Origin: Podarcis gaigeae
Taxonomy: Eukaryota
Assembly (NCBI GenBank): GCA_964106915.2
Contig: OZ066917.1
Strand: one strand, 5' to 3'
DNA: 64,000 bases
Within the stretch, counting starts at the first letter, position 1, and the number at the start of each line of letters is the position of its first letter. The position numbers were made by a program, and so were the translations under genes. The notes below the pieces were generated by a model. That model saw only the letters and a list, made by a program, of their open reading frames with translations. It was not told where the DNA came from and made no database searches. Below, one piece after another: positions 36,093 through 48,820 of this stretch.

Positions 36093-36900
36093 TGCGCGTC
36101 AAGGTCCCCAAGACACCCCCCCTAAAAAAAAAAACACAATGACACTTAATTTTTGTTTTTGGCATAATTTTGGCCACAACTTTATTAAAATTACAGCAGT
36201 GTGAGTGGTTGCTTAGGCATTGGTAGCGACTAACTGACCCCGCACGGGGACAGCTCTGACATTCGCACCCCCTTCAAAGTCAGAAAGGGTAAGTCACCTG
36301 GGGAGAGAGACGGGATTGGGAACCATGCCTCACCTCTCCCCCAGAATGCTCCCAGGGGCTCTTGCGTGGCCCTAGCCCCTTGCCAGGGGGTTTCGGACAA
36401 AAGCATGGTGAGCCCCTGGGTTCTTTTAATGTAAAACCCTTGCAGCAGCAGCATTTTGGAGGGGCAGGCACAGCCAAATCCATACCCCTCCACCAACCAA
36501 TTCCCAAACCAATGCCTAACCACAACCTTACAAGTTGTGACGATTTGCTACACAGTAGGCAAAAACCAAATGGCACCAGCCAATCAGCCAAATGGACAAA
36601 ATTCCTACTGGGCCCCTGCCCCAAAGTAGATGACCCCATGACAGGCATAGCAAGGTCAAGCAAACAGCCTAACATTAGGGAGGGAGGGAGGAAGGGCGGG
36701 TGATCCGAAGCACGCAGCGAAAAGAGGAAGTTCGTCGCTGCGTGCAACGTATTTAACAAATCAATAAATGGCAACATATAAATTTCCCCAGTAACAGCCC
36801 ATCCCTGCTTAAAAGATGGCCAAACTCTTTTGCCTAGTAACAGTGAGGTGTCTCGTCAGCCCCCACTGCAACACGTGTTCTCCACAAGGGAGAACACGCT
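36093..36900 (-). mobile_element. Unclassified GC/CpG-rich repeat in intron 4 (DIRS/LTR-like?)
   Basis: Minus-strand aataaagttgtggcc, internal inverted repeats and retained CpGs; boundaries approximate. Confidence 0.35.
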
Positions 36901-37954
36901 TTATAAAATAATGTCTGGAGGCAGGCAGACTTTGGCTTAAATTTGGCATCATCCCCGAGATCTTGACCTAGATCTGGAATGAGTTAAACTCTTTGGGCAA
37001 CCTGTTCCTCTAGAAATGTGTTAAGTTGATCTGATGACCCACATAATGGGTTGTGCTGATGCACACAGCAGCATCTTTGTGGTCAGATATGACAAGGTTT
37101 GCTATCCTTCATATAAATTGCAGTCCCAAAACTAAACCAAAACCAAACTTGCAACTGTTAGCCTTTAATGCTCTAACCAACCAGTTGCCAACGTTTGTAG
37201 GGTAATGACATTATTATTAATTTTATTTGTTAAATGTGTTTACCGCCCTATACCCTTAGGTCTCAGGGTGGTTCACAACATAAAAACACAAAATACATAA
37301 TAAACATGGAAACAAGAACAACCCAATAACCCCCCTCTGACCTTGAATATTTGCCAGTTGCTTCAGTAGAGGGGGTATTACTGGGCACATAGATACATGT
37401 GCAGATTGATGTGCACACACAGATATGGATATGGGTAATAAAGTTGTGCATATCTTATAGCTTGGTAGAAGCTGAAATGCCTTTATGATGCAGCATAGAT
37501 GATCCTTGTGGTCCATCCATGTCTGGCTCCTTCATTTCCTTCTCTAGCATGTGGTGCTATCATGTAGCTTCTGAAGACCCAACCCCCATTCACTATCATT
37601 AGATACTGTTTTTTTAAAATGGTCTGTATCTTATCTGTGGTGGCATCCCCACATGCAAAAGAACTTCCTCCCAGGTGATATCAGGTTTGTCCCCAAAGCA
37701 TAAATATTTAAATGAAGACTAAATGCTTTTTTTTTTTTGTTCATCTGGGCATTTGGATCATAGCTGGAATTGACTTGCAGGAGGGGCATTATTTGTTATA
37801 GATGCTGCTCATTTTATTTTGATTTTAACTATGGTTTTTATTGTTGCATATTTGTTTTATTTAGTCAGTATCTTCTGTTTGGGCCTTTCTATGGTGCATT
37901 CTTGATTGAATTCACTATTCCCTCCTTGGTTGATAGCGTACATATTATATCCTA

Positions 37955-38365
37955 GCTCAGGGGTGGGGTGGGGATCTTGGTTATGGGGCCTGATTACAGT
38001 CCTCCAGACCTTTCTATCTGGCCCTCAGGAATCTCCCTAGGCCCACACCCCACTTCAGTCCGCATCTCTCTCTGGCCCTACTTGACTGCTAGAATCAGTC
38101 CCTCCACACCCAACTATCTCCAAATCCTCCTAGCTGGAATCAGTCACTGAACTAGGATAATAGCTCTTGTTTGTCTGAGTGGAGGATGGGAAGGGGTGTG
38201 TGAGCAGAAACCACTGACTTTTGCATGGCTGGAATGGAGCCTTGTTCTACAAAGATACGATACATCCATTGTATTGCCCTGTTTTTGTCTGGCCCTGCCC
38301 ATGGCATGAAGCTCCCAGAAGGTTCCTCATAAGGGATTTTGTGTCCCTCAGACTGGAGGAGGCTG
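37955..38365. mobile_element. Old hAT-like non-autonomous element; related fragment at about 4603-4810
   Basis: Shared motifs (ggcccacacccc / ggaccacacctc; gataatagctcttg / gataataactctag; ggtgtgt). Confidence 0.45.
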
Positions 38366-39666
38366 GTGGAGCATGTGGTCAGCGGACTGGGGGGACTAGG
38401 TTACCTAAATGTTCCTGGTAAATTAGAGTATTAAAGTCTGGTGCTCCTTCCCAAAGTTTCTGCCTGGCTTAAGAAGGGAGGCGTGATGCTCATGCACACA
38501 ACATCAGCCCCCGCCCCCAAATCTCCCTCACAAGCTGAAGCCTCTGGCCCTAACTTTTGCCCTACAAAAAAATTGCTGCACACCACTGCCTCACTCTTGT
38601 AGATCTTCCCAAGACTGGCTTCACATCTCCCTGCTGGATAGTATCAATAATCTTGTTTAGATTACTTCCTTGAATCTGGAGCATTTTCTCATTGTATTAA
38701 GTTATATTTCATTATTTGTAAGCTGCTTTCAGTGCCAAGTGATAGAAATGGTCATAAGCTTTAGAAGCTACAAAACCAACCAATCAAATGAACATAGTCA
38801 GGGACCTCAGGAATACTAAACTTTACTTTTTTCCTGTTAAGCTCATGTGTCCTTTTCTGATTTGGGTGAAAAATTATATAATTGAGATGTATCATAACTT
38901 CCTTGAAAAGGTCACTTTCTGGTTCTCTCCCCGAGTGAGCTTCTAAGGTACTATCAACTTCTCAACTGAGTTCATAAACTCTCAAATGCTGTTGCAAAAT
39001 TTGAAGTGAAATTGCTCAGCAATTTACTGTAGATATTAACAAATAAACTGTGTCCCAATTCACCCATTGCTAGCTGCAGAAGCGACTCTCACATGGAGAA
39101 AGAATGCAGCCCCACCACAACACCTCTCACAAAGTGCCTGGTTCACTGCTCATCCTTAGCAGGCTGACATTGTGCTTCTAACATAGAAGATGGGAGTTGG
39201 CCAGCTCCCTAGTCTGTCTAAATAGTTGTGTCACAGCTTGGACTGACCCTGGTACTGGAAGCTGATATAAGCTCCTTCAGCCAGCTCCTGGGGATGGGGC
39301 CTAAAGGCATGGACCAAAGGGAAAGATTGTCTCCTCTGGTCAATGCCGGGGTTTTCTCTATGTGTCAAACTATTTTTACACATTTCTAAGGAGAATGTGC
39401 CATACTTTTCCTTTGAGGTTATGCTACCTACCAGTTCCTCCACCGTCCAAGTTTCTTTTGCTCCCACTGGTAACACATGAACCAGAATTATATTACTGAA
39501 AACTGCATAGATCAGCAAATACATACAACTAAACCTACACCAACATCAACTTTAAATAAGCATTTTAAAGAATTTCACCGTTGAGCATTTGAAATGCCAC
39601 CAGATATTGTCTTGTTTTAACTTGTCATCATACGGAGACAGTAATAGCTCCCTGGTTTCCCTCCAG

Positions 39667-39749
39667 GCTTACTATCAACGCTGAATGTCAGCTGCAGCTA
39701 CACAACTTCCCAATGGATAAACATTCATGCCCACTGATATTCTCCAGCT
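39667..39749 (+). CDS. GABRG3: GABA-A receptor gamma-3 subunit, Cys-loop exon (exon 5 equivalent)
   Basis: ctccag acceptor and gtaagt donor; 83 bp. Phase is compatible with the previous exon (AG|G = Arg). Translates (R)[27 protein letters not shown](Y) with the C-x13-C Cys-loop. Too short for the ORF track. Confidence 0.96.
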
Positions 39750-41180
39750 GTAAGTAACAGTTTTGGTGCATATCTTCTAAAAGAAAACTTTGACTATACA
39801 TATATACATGTATTTGCTTCTCATTTTGATAGATGGTTCAGATTCATTACAATGGCACTGTGTGTGTTTCCCCATCTTTGTTTGTGACAGGGGGTTTTCC
39901 AACCTGCAGCACTGTGGCAAAAGACAAGAATTGTTGCATTGTGTTTAGTTGTGGCCCCAGTGACTACCGAACCATGAACTGATTATGGGTATCTAAGTGT
40001 ATATGAATGTATATAATAAAACACAAATCCCCCTTCCTAAAATGTGGGTGACTGTGATTCCCATTCATATTCAGATGTGTTAAAAGTTTGTGATAACTTA
40101 CACAGAAGCAATACCAGTTCATAAGTCAAAGTTCTATAGCATCATTACTTGAAGAATGTTATACTTTCACCATTCAGGGGGTTTGCCAGTTGAAGCTGGA
40201 TGGTACAACTTTTTGTACTTTTAAGTGCATATATGAACATGTGTGTGTGCAAATGTGTTAATAAATCTTGTCATTGTTGATAAGAACCTACCAACAGGAA
40301 CACATGTGAGACAAGGAGCGGCACCTTTTAATTAACATGTCAGATCAGCTCCAGGATGCTAATACAAGTATTATCCAAATCTGCTTAACAGTGCTTCAGA
40401 TGTTTGTGTGGCAATTTGTTTATCCTATCTCTTTCTCATGTGAGAGATTTGCCTGGGTAAGATGCATGAAAAATAATTGCAGGAAGATCATTTGCAACGT
40501 GACAGTATTCTTTCCCCAAGCTGTAATGCAGTGTTCAACATTCCTTAGCACTCCCATCTTGTTTCAATATGCTTTGTGCAAAGGAGCAGAAGTCTTGACG
40601 GATTGCAGAAGTCCATGTGTCTCTAATTTGGAGAATCATATGCATTATTTCAGGCTATCCAAGTGCTCTGGTACATGTTGACAGGATGCTCAAGGCCACA
40701 TTGGTCCTCTGCTGAAGCACATTGTTGCCAAGGACTCATGCAGGACAACCATGTGCAATGTGGCTTACTTGGCTAGGTTTTTGTTTGCATTTATGTATAT
40801 TTTGGGATGCTTCTCCATTGATACTTCCATTGCACTCCCAACTGGGTATCAACATGGGCCTGATTCCGTGATAGGTTCTTCATCCCAGCTCCATCATGCT
40901 CTTGTGCATCTCCCATTCATTTCAATGGGGCTTGTGGAGATGAACTTCTTAGAGGATTGTGCCCATTCTGTGCGGTCGGTGGGTACAAGTACCAGAATCT
41001 CTACCAGCATTCAGTTTTATGGTTTTCAAAGTTCATGTGAAGAACCAGTATGAAAATGTAAAATCCTTGAAGCAGTCAGCCGTGAAAAGCCTGCCATTCT
41101 AGCTCACCATGGGATATAACAGACAGTGTCCTGAGCCAAGAGAAAACAGCTAGAGTGGTGGTATGGCTCTGGTGTTGTAG

Positions 41181-41541
41181 ACATCTAATGAAGCTGAGTG
41201 TTGGACGATTTGGGACAGATAAAAGAAAGCAGTTCTTCATGCAGCTCATAGTTAAAACTATGAAACTTGATTGCATGGGAGGCAGTGATGGTCACCAATG
41301 TAGATAGCTTCATAAGATTAGATAAATTCATGGAGGAGAAGACTATTGATGGTTCTTAGCCATGATGGGTACACCTTGCCTTCACGGTTGGAGGCAGCTA
41401 TGCTTCTGAATACCAGTTGCTGAAAACCACTGGAGGGTAGAATGTTCTTATGCTTAAATCCTGTTGGTTGGTTTCCTAGTGGCATCTGTTTGACCACCAT
41501 GGGGTGGGGTGTTGGACTCAAAGGGCCCTCTTCTTATGTTA
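41181..41541 (+). mobile_element. CR1 LINE 3' end
   Basis: ORF2-end-like aatgaagctg...ggacagataaaagaaag..ttcttca...gattagataaattcatggagg and 3' UTR ending ctcttcttatgtt. Confidence 0.8.
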
Positions 41542-42617
41542 TTATATCCCCTGACTGCAGCTGGCTTCTTCTTCTTCTTGAAGGGCTTCTCTCTCTCTCT
41601 CTCTTGACCACCCCACAAAACCAAGAACATTCAGTGCTCAGTTCAAGACTGCTGTGAAACTATCAGCAGAAACTCCAAAGACTATTTCTAACTGTGAGAA
41701 GCTGACCTGACAGAAACCTCACACTAGCGGGCTAAATATTTCTAAACTGAAAATTATATTCAGCTAAGTATTTAAATGATGGTAATTGGCTGCCAACCAT
41801 CGCTTTAGTGAAAACAGGAGGAAAATCAAAGGTAACTCAGGTATTTTATGTCTCTGCCACATATACAAAAGGCGAGAGAAAAGGAGAGAGACTGTGTGTT
41901 CTTATTAAAAGTACATGGGCATACAAAGAATGGTACCTCTGTGTATTATAAAAGCATCACAATACAAAGCACATTCAGAAAGCCCTCTGAATGGCAATTT
42001 TCTTTTTTGCATAATGAGAGCTCCCCAAAGCTATGGAGAAGGTTGACATGGGGTCTCAAGTCTCCAGTAAACAGCATCTGAAGTCTCTAGTAAACAGCTC
42101 TGAAGAGGAGGGGGAGCCTATCATTGTTTTATTTGTGCCACAAACTTTTCCTGTATGACAGGAATAGCCAACGTTGTGCCCTCCAGATGATGTTGGATTA
42201 CCACTCCTGGCCCTTGACTGTGCTGGCTAGTGCTGATGGGAACTGTAGTCCTAAACAGGACACCAGGTACTCCTGCATCTATCTTTCAAGCTTTCCAGTT
42301 GAAAACAATAGATTGATTTACTGTGGTTTAGCACACAGTTCATGAAAGGACTCTGTAACAGTGCAATATTGAGATTGGCTGTGGTTGTAAACTTCTACCG
42401 GGCTGTTGTTGATTTATAAACTATCAGTGTGTACCTTACAGAGTGAGCAAACTTGGTATTCCATAAGGAAGTATTTTGAGAGTTCAGTAAAATGCAGTCT
42501 AATGTATAATAGCTGCATTTGTGCTATGCAACCTCAAACTGCCACCCTCAGGCTGCAGCCTTACACACACTTACCTGGGAGTAAATACTACTGACTGCTT
42601 TGGGGAGCTCTCCCAAG

Positions 42618-42766
42618 CAGTGGCATAGCATGGGTTGTCAGCACCCGGGGCAAGGCAAGTAATTTGTGCCCCCTAACCCATGGATTTGCGCCCCCTAACC
42701 CTAACCCCCAGGTGCTGCGCCCGGTGTGGCCGGGCCCCCCCCTGCACCCCCCATGCTACGCCACTG
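42618..42766. mobile_element. hAT MITE, GC-rich
   Basis: 17-bp TIR cagtggcatagcatggg / cccatgctacgccactg (16/17); perfect 8-bp TSD ctcccaag. Confidence 0.9.
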
Positions 42767-44995
42767 CTCCCAAGCATGCAGATGATTTAACTGTCAGAAT
42801 GATTTCACAATATGCTTCCTCCTTATGTTTCTGTGATTTTTCATTGAAAATTAACCTAACAACAGGGGATCTTCTCATGTTGGTGTCTCATCTGTTTAAA
42901 CACGATTTTATCATTGTTAACCTCATTTTATTTCAATAAGTTCAGCATATTAATTGCACATTTAACAGAACCCTTTTATCTGTTTTTAGCACAATCTTTT
43001 TTTAAAAAAAATCTCACCAGGTTCCCTCCATCTTGTGTCTGGTAATAGACAAAGGAGTTTGAAATTCCTATTGTGCCACATATTCCTTCATAAATCTTCC
43101 ATTCCTCCTTTGATTCTTTGTGTCCTTTATTTATCAGGGTACATTGCCTTTCAAATGCTCTCCCCAGGGAAACTTGCCTGATGCCCACACTACAATTTTT
43201 CTCAGCTCTAGGAAAATACTTTTCTTTTATCTCCCAGGCTTTTTAGCAGTTTTGGATCCATAGGAATGATGTAACTCATTACAAGCAGAGTGGAAAACAG
43301 AAATACCGGCCAGTTGTGGTTCTTGCTTCCTTGTTTTTATCTATGGACCAGAACTGACTCTCACATTTTATTCCTCTCTCTGCCTTTCTCATTCAACTGG
43401 GTCTACTCCCCTGAGCAATGTATCGTGTGAACTGGGAACTCAGTTGCAGCAAATCCTGTGATCAAGGAAACAGCGAAACGTCCCTGAAGTCACATTTGCC
43501 ATAATGAATGAGTTCCCAGATCGCTTGTGTTCCACTGCTCCTGTAAGCAGACTTGCACGAGTGGAGAGGGAATAAGTACCAGAAAGCATTTTATGAATTG
43601 CCTCTTCAGCTTACATTCAAGAAGATCTGAATGAGCTTGTTGCAAGTAACAGTACAATCCTATGCATGTTTACTCAGAAGTAAGTCCTGCTAAAACAGTT
43701 TTTTCCCTACTTACCCTGGCCAAATATCTTGATCTCCAGCTCACCCACTTTTTGTTTTAATTATTCTTGCTTTGTTATATGATGTATCTGTATTTCTTAT
43801 GTAGCTTTGTTGTTTTAAATTTTCATACATTTTGTGAAAAGTGATATAGAAATACTTTAATAAATCAAACCACTTTCATAGAAGATCTAGGATAATTTTG
43901 ATGGTGCTGGGTGTGGTTATTGACAGAAACCCATCTTGTTGCTAAACAACAAATTATATTCTCACAAAGTTTAAAAGTTGCCATTTACTGGAGATGAGTC
44001 ACTTTTGACCACAGGTGTCCACCGGTAACCACATCTGTCCCACCTAGCATGATTCATCCCAGCGAAGACTGTTAGCTCTTTTTTGTCTTATTTGAAGATG
44101 AATGATCTGAGGAGTGGGAAATTAATTAGCATGCACACTGCATCTTGACGACAAGCTATTTCCACTGTTCACCTGTCTTTTGTTACTTCCTCAGAATTAA
44201 TTTAAAGATGTTCTCATTGTGTTCCTAAGTTAACATGGTTAAGAACAGGATTGCACCAAATGTTTACTTGCAAATGTATTCAGAGGGAACATTGTCCTTT
44301 CCAGGAAGGCAGAATAGTTCCTCTAAACCCCCCTTCTTTTTAACTTTTGTGGGATTATTATTTGACATTTTCACAGCCACAGTTTTCTTTGGTTGCTACT
44401 TCCTCCTCCATGATGTGATCCCCGTCAATTAGGGAACACGGCATGAATATGATGCATCCTAACCAACTAGGATGCCTCATTGCTTCTCTTCTAAGCCAGA
44501 AAAATACTGGCCAATTGATGGCAAAGGGAGAGATTGCACGGCACATGGCTTTGCTCATTCAAAGGATGTGATGTGCAGCATAATTGCTCTACCCTCTCTG
44601 GTCAATTTGTAGATTATCATCTTCAGCCTTGTAAATCAACCGGTTGAAAGCAGTGGTCAAGAGTGAGATCCCTATCTGCAAATCACTCCAACATAGAGAG
44701 GGATCCCCCCCCCCGCCCTTTGTAGTGGCGTCCAAAGAATCGCCTGTGTGCTCTTTGCATCAAGCAAAAATGTTCACCCAACTCTTTCAGCCAATTCCCA
44801 GCTAAGGATCTAACAGTGCAGTCCTATACAGTTCTACTCAGATGTAAGTCCTGCTGAATTCAGTGAGGCTTACTTGCAAATAAAAAGGTACAGGACTGCA
44901 GTCTAAGGGTACGTTTGGGGGCAAGTAGGAGGCCAGCTCAGCTGACAGAGCCAAACAGAGGGATGGCTCCACCAAATCTCTCCCACTCAATGCGC

Positions 44996-45001
44996 CACAC
45001 A

Positions 45002-45056
<55 letters not shown>
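44996..45056. repeat. (CA)n(GA)n compound microsatellite
   Basis: Direct reading. Confidence 0.97.
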
Positions 45057-45058
<2 letters not shown>

Positions 45059-45231
45059 TGGTGTGTTGAGCATTTCAATTTCTTTGCCAATTATTCACTC
45101 CAAAGATATGGTGAATTAGTTCTGTTGTCAGAAACTACTGGGTAATATATGATATTGGGGCTCTGGTCTGCTTTTGTGAAATATTATCTATTTATACCCC
45201 CCCTTTTTTAAAAAAGCCACCATTCTCATTC

Positions 45232-45283
<52 letters not shown>
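45232..45283. repeat. (TTA)n microsatellite
   Basis: Direct reading, about 17 units. Confidence 0.97.
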
Positions 45284-46477
45284 CTTCTGAAATGGCTACA
45301 CAGTTAATAGCTGTGGGCTTTTTAAATTGCACAATGTCCCAAATTCAGCCCCTGGGGCCACTGCTTTTTTCTTTCTTTTTAAAAGAAAGTGTACTAAGTC
45401 TGCACAGCTTCCTTTTTTAAAAAAAAAATAGGGTTTTGATAAATCAAATCAAAGTAGCAGAGATCACATGGTATTACTGAGCTGCGTAAACTTAGATGTA
45501 GCTATAGAAGTTTATTCCCTGCAAAAATCCACCTGGGGAACCATATGAAACTCTCAACAGAGAATAATAGATGAAGGGTCTATAATGTGATCATGCAGAG
45601 CTTATCTGAAGCAGCGGGTGTTTCTGCGGGCATCTGCTGGTCCACCCTCAGCTGTGGAGTTGAAACACATAGCAGCTTTGCAAACTACATGGAAAAGGAC
45701 CACATGCTAATTTGTGCATGTGCTGGTGGTGACAGGGAAGGCTGTATGCAGGTTTTAACTGCAAACATCACCAATGACTCGAGGCAGGAATTTTGGGAGA
45801 GGCCAAGGGAGGCTGATTAATTCTCCTGGGGGCTGGGGAATGCAAAAAGTTTTAAAGGCAGTAAAAACAATGTTCAATGAAGCTAGTCCAAAAGTAATAC
45901 ATGTGCCAGAGAGACCAGCTGCACTGTCCCCGAAGCTCATAAAATATTCCAAAAGTGTCATCCGTATCGGTTGCTATTAATGTTATCAAGATGTGGGCTT
46001 CTTTCCAAGTTCCAAAAGGCAATGTTAAAACATTTAGCAGTATATTGTAGTATAGGGCAGGTAGGGAGAACCTTTGCCTCCCCATATTGCTGAATTACAA
46101 ATCCCATCATGGCCATTGGCCGTACTTGTGGGGGCTGATAGGAGGGGTACTTCAGCAGCAACAAAGCTTGCACGGGGTCTAACTTTTTCTTTCAGGGTGA
46201 TGAGAAGAATCAGGGTTTCCCAGTTCCCACCACCACCATGAAGGTGGGGTTTTTCTGAAATAGTTAAGATCTATTGTGTAGCCCCTCTCACAATGGCCGT
46301 GTGGTGGAGCCTTTTGATGGTCTTTGAAGGTTTGCAAGGCTGCCTGGGGTGAGGCTGGGTAGGACTTGTGAACTGTTGCGTGTCATCACCAGGTTGCCAT
46401 CCTATATCCGTTTACTTGGGAGTAAGTCTCAGTAGATGCAATGTGATTCATCCTAGACACATCTATAGGATGGCATC

Positions 46478-46614
46478 CAGTGCTGTTTTTCTAGAAAAAG
46501 AGGTGCCAGAACTCACCATGAATGCCTCCTTTTTTTCTCTTATCGTGGCAAGGATGCCCACCTGAAAGTTGCCAGAACTGAGTTCTAGTGAGTTCCTGCT
46601 GAAAGAAAGCCCTG
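46478..46614. mobile_element. hAT MITE (family of 5232)
   Basis: cagtgctgttttt ... aaagccctg; flanks atggcatc / atgatatc (6/8). Confidence 0.8.
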
Positions 46615-46630
46615 ATGATATCATATAGAG

Positions 46631-46766
46631 CAGGCATAGGCAAACTTGGCCCTCCAGATGTTTTGGGACTACATCTCCCATCATCCCTAACTAACAGGAC
46701 CAGTGGTCAGGGGTGATGGGATTTGTAGTCTCAAAACATCTGGAGGGCCAAGTTTGCCTGTGCCCG
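46631..46766. mobile_element. hAT (Charlie-like) palindromic MITE
   Basis: Long TIRs; perfect TSD atatagag. Confidence 0.9.
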
Positions 46767-48404
46767 ATATAGAGATTAGAACAGCAGATCTAAACTTAGT
46801 TTGACAAATCTCTCCTGCAAGTTAAAAGACACACATTTTCAACATTTTAAAAAGTTTGCATTGGCTAAGACAGTGGAGGGTTTTTCTTTATGTCGTTGTT
46901 CCAAATTACTTCAAAATCTCTTTTAAGTCTTCTTTTTTTGTGTCTGTGCCCCAAGAGATACATTGAAGTAAAAGTTATTAGCTTGCTCCCATCAGCTTAG
47001 AAACCTGAGGCTTAACTTGGGAATTTGCACTAAGGGATTGTATTGATTGAAACCAACAAACAAAGCAGTTGTTTCCATCAAAATTGCAGCCAGACAACCT
47101 CCTTCAGTGGCCAGGTCAGATTTCTTAAGCTGAGGAGGATAAGCCTTAGATGGTGCTCATACCAGATATTTACAAGAGATGTGCACAGCCCTAAAGTCCC
47201 AGTGATAATTCTCCCTCTCTATTTTTAGTGACTGTTCAGTGACCACCTCTGTTCATTTCCACACCAATAGAAAATGGAATAATATACAATTCATAGTATA
47301 ATACTTTCTTAATATTCAGTGAGAGAATTAGATGCTGAATCTAGCATTCAGCTGGTCTTTAGATGCAAAAATAAGACCAAAATCTCTCCCCTCTCCCCTA
47401 TCAGAAGCAGCCAATGACTGGTAATAGTCCTGGGAGCTGTCCGATGTGCTGAACTAGCTTTTTTTACTGTGTTTATATCCTGGCTAATAGTGGCAATCTT
47501 AATGTTTATGGATGAGCCACATAAATGCAAATTCTGCTATCAGGTACTGAATATCCTGAGACTTCTGTTTTATATAATTGTTTATTTTTAGGGGGAAAGT
47601 GCTTTCTAGACTATTATTATTATTATTAATATTATTATCGTTCATTTCATTTCTATACAGCTTTATATTTTTAAGTAAAAAAATCACAAAGTGGTTTACA
47701 AGACATGAAAACATCAAACAAACCAGAATAAACAGTACCAAAGGTAGTCAAAGATAAAGCATGCCTTCAAAGCAACATAATTAACAGGAAGCTAAAATAT
47801 TACCTTAAGATGTTCAGAATAACACATTGCAAAGGAAATCAATTGCAGAATGCACTTTTAATGCACAAAAGTTAACCAAAAAAAAATTATCTTAAACATT
47901 TCAAAAGAAAACATTACTAAAGGAAGACGAATGTAAAATGCAGTTTTAAAACAGCATAATTAAGAAGATAATAAAATAATATGATATGGGGGGGGGGCTA
48001 AGAAAACAAACCAGTTCCTCCCATGCATCAAGAAATGAACTTAGAGTTTTGCAATGTGTAGAACCAAACAGTGAAAGTGTACTAGAAGGCATGTGAGTGC
48101 CATCTTGGTAGTCAAGATAATTGTTAGTTGCTGCAATAATAAGCTCATATATATATTTATATGCTTTGAAGCTTTGAAGCCCTCGTTTTGGTTTAGTTAG
48201 TTGGGAGAGGAGAGGCTTCTCATGCTGGCTGTCAACTATTCCCTGGTCTGAGAGAAAGATGAGAGTTGGGAAGGGGCCTCTAAGCCAGGGGTGAGTTAAT
48301 TGGGCAATTGATGCCAGCTTATACAGCTTGCTTTGTGTATAAGTAATGCTTAACATATTCGCACCTCACGGACAAGTCATAATTACTACTTACTGCTTCA
48401 GCAT

Positions 48405-48516
48405 GCACACGAAAGCTCATACCAATAACAAACTTAGTTGGTCTCTAAGGTGCTACTGGAAGGAATTTTTTCATTTTGTTTTGACTACGGCAAACCAACA
48501 CAGTTACCTACCTGTA
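48405..48516 (+). mobile_element. Penelope-like pseudo-LTR fragment, 5'-truncated
   Basis: Same sequence as 35297-35410; perfect 20-bp direct repeat actacttactgcttcagcat (48385-48404 / 48517-48536). Confidence 0.87.
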
Positions 48517-48594
48517 ACTACTTACTGCTTCAGCATCTATCCTGAGCCTGTAAAGGCAGCAGCACTCTGCTGCTGTGTTGTAAGTTTGTACCAT

Positions 48595-48820
48595 GGGGAC
48601 CGGATCTGGCCCAATCACCTTCTATATCCAGCCTGCGGACGGTCCGGGAGTCAGCATGTTTTTACATGAGTAGAATGTGTCCTTTTATTTAAAATGCATC
48701 TCTGGGTTATTTGTGGGGCATAGGAATTCATTCCTTTTTTTATTTCAAAATATAGTCCAGCCCTCCACAAGATCTGAGGGACACTGGACCAGCCCCCTGC
48801 TGAAAAAGTTTGTTGACCTG
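48595..48820. mobile_element. hAT-like element fragment
   Basis: Ends ccagccccctgctgaaaaagtttgttgacctg; internal ggcc/ccgg motifs. Confidence 0.55.
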
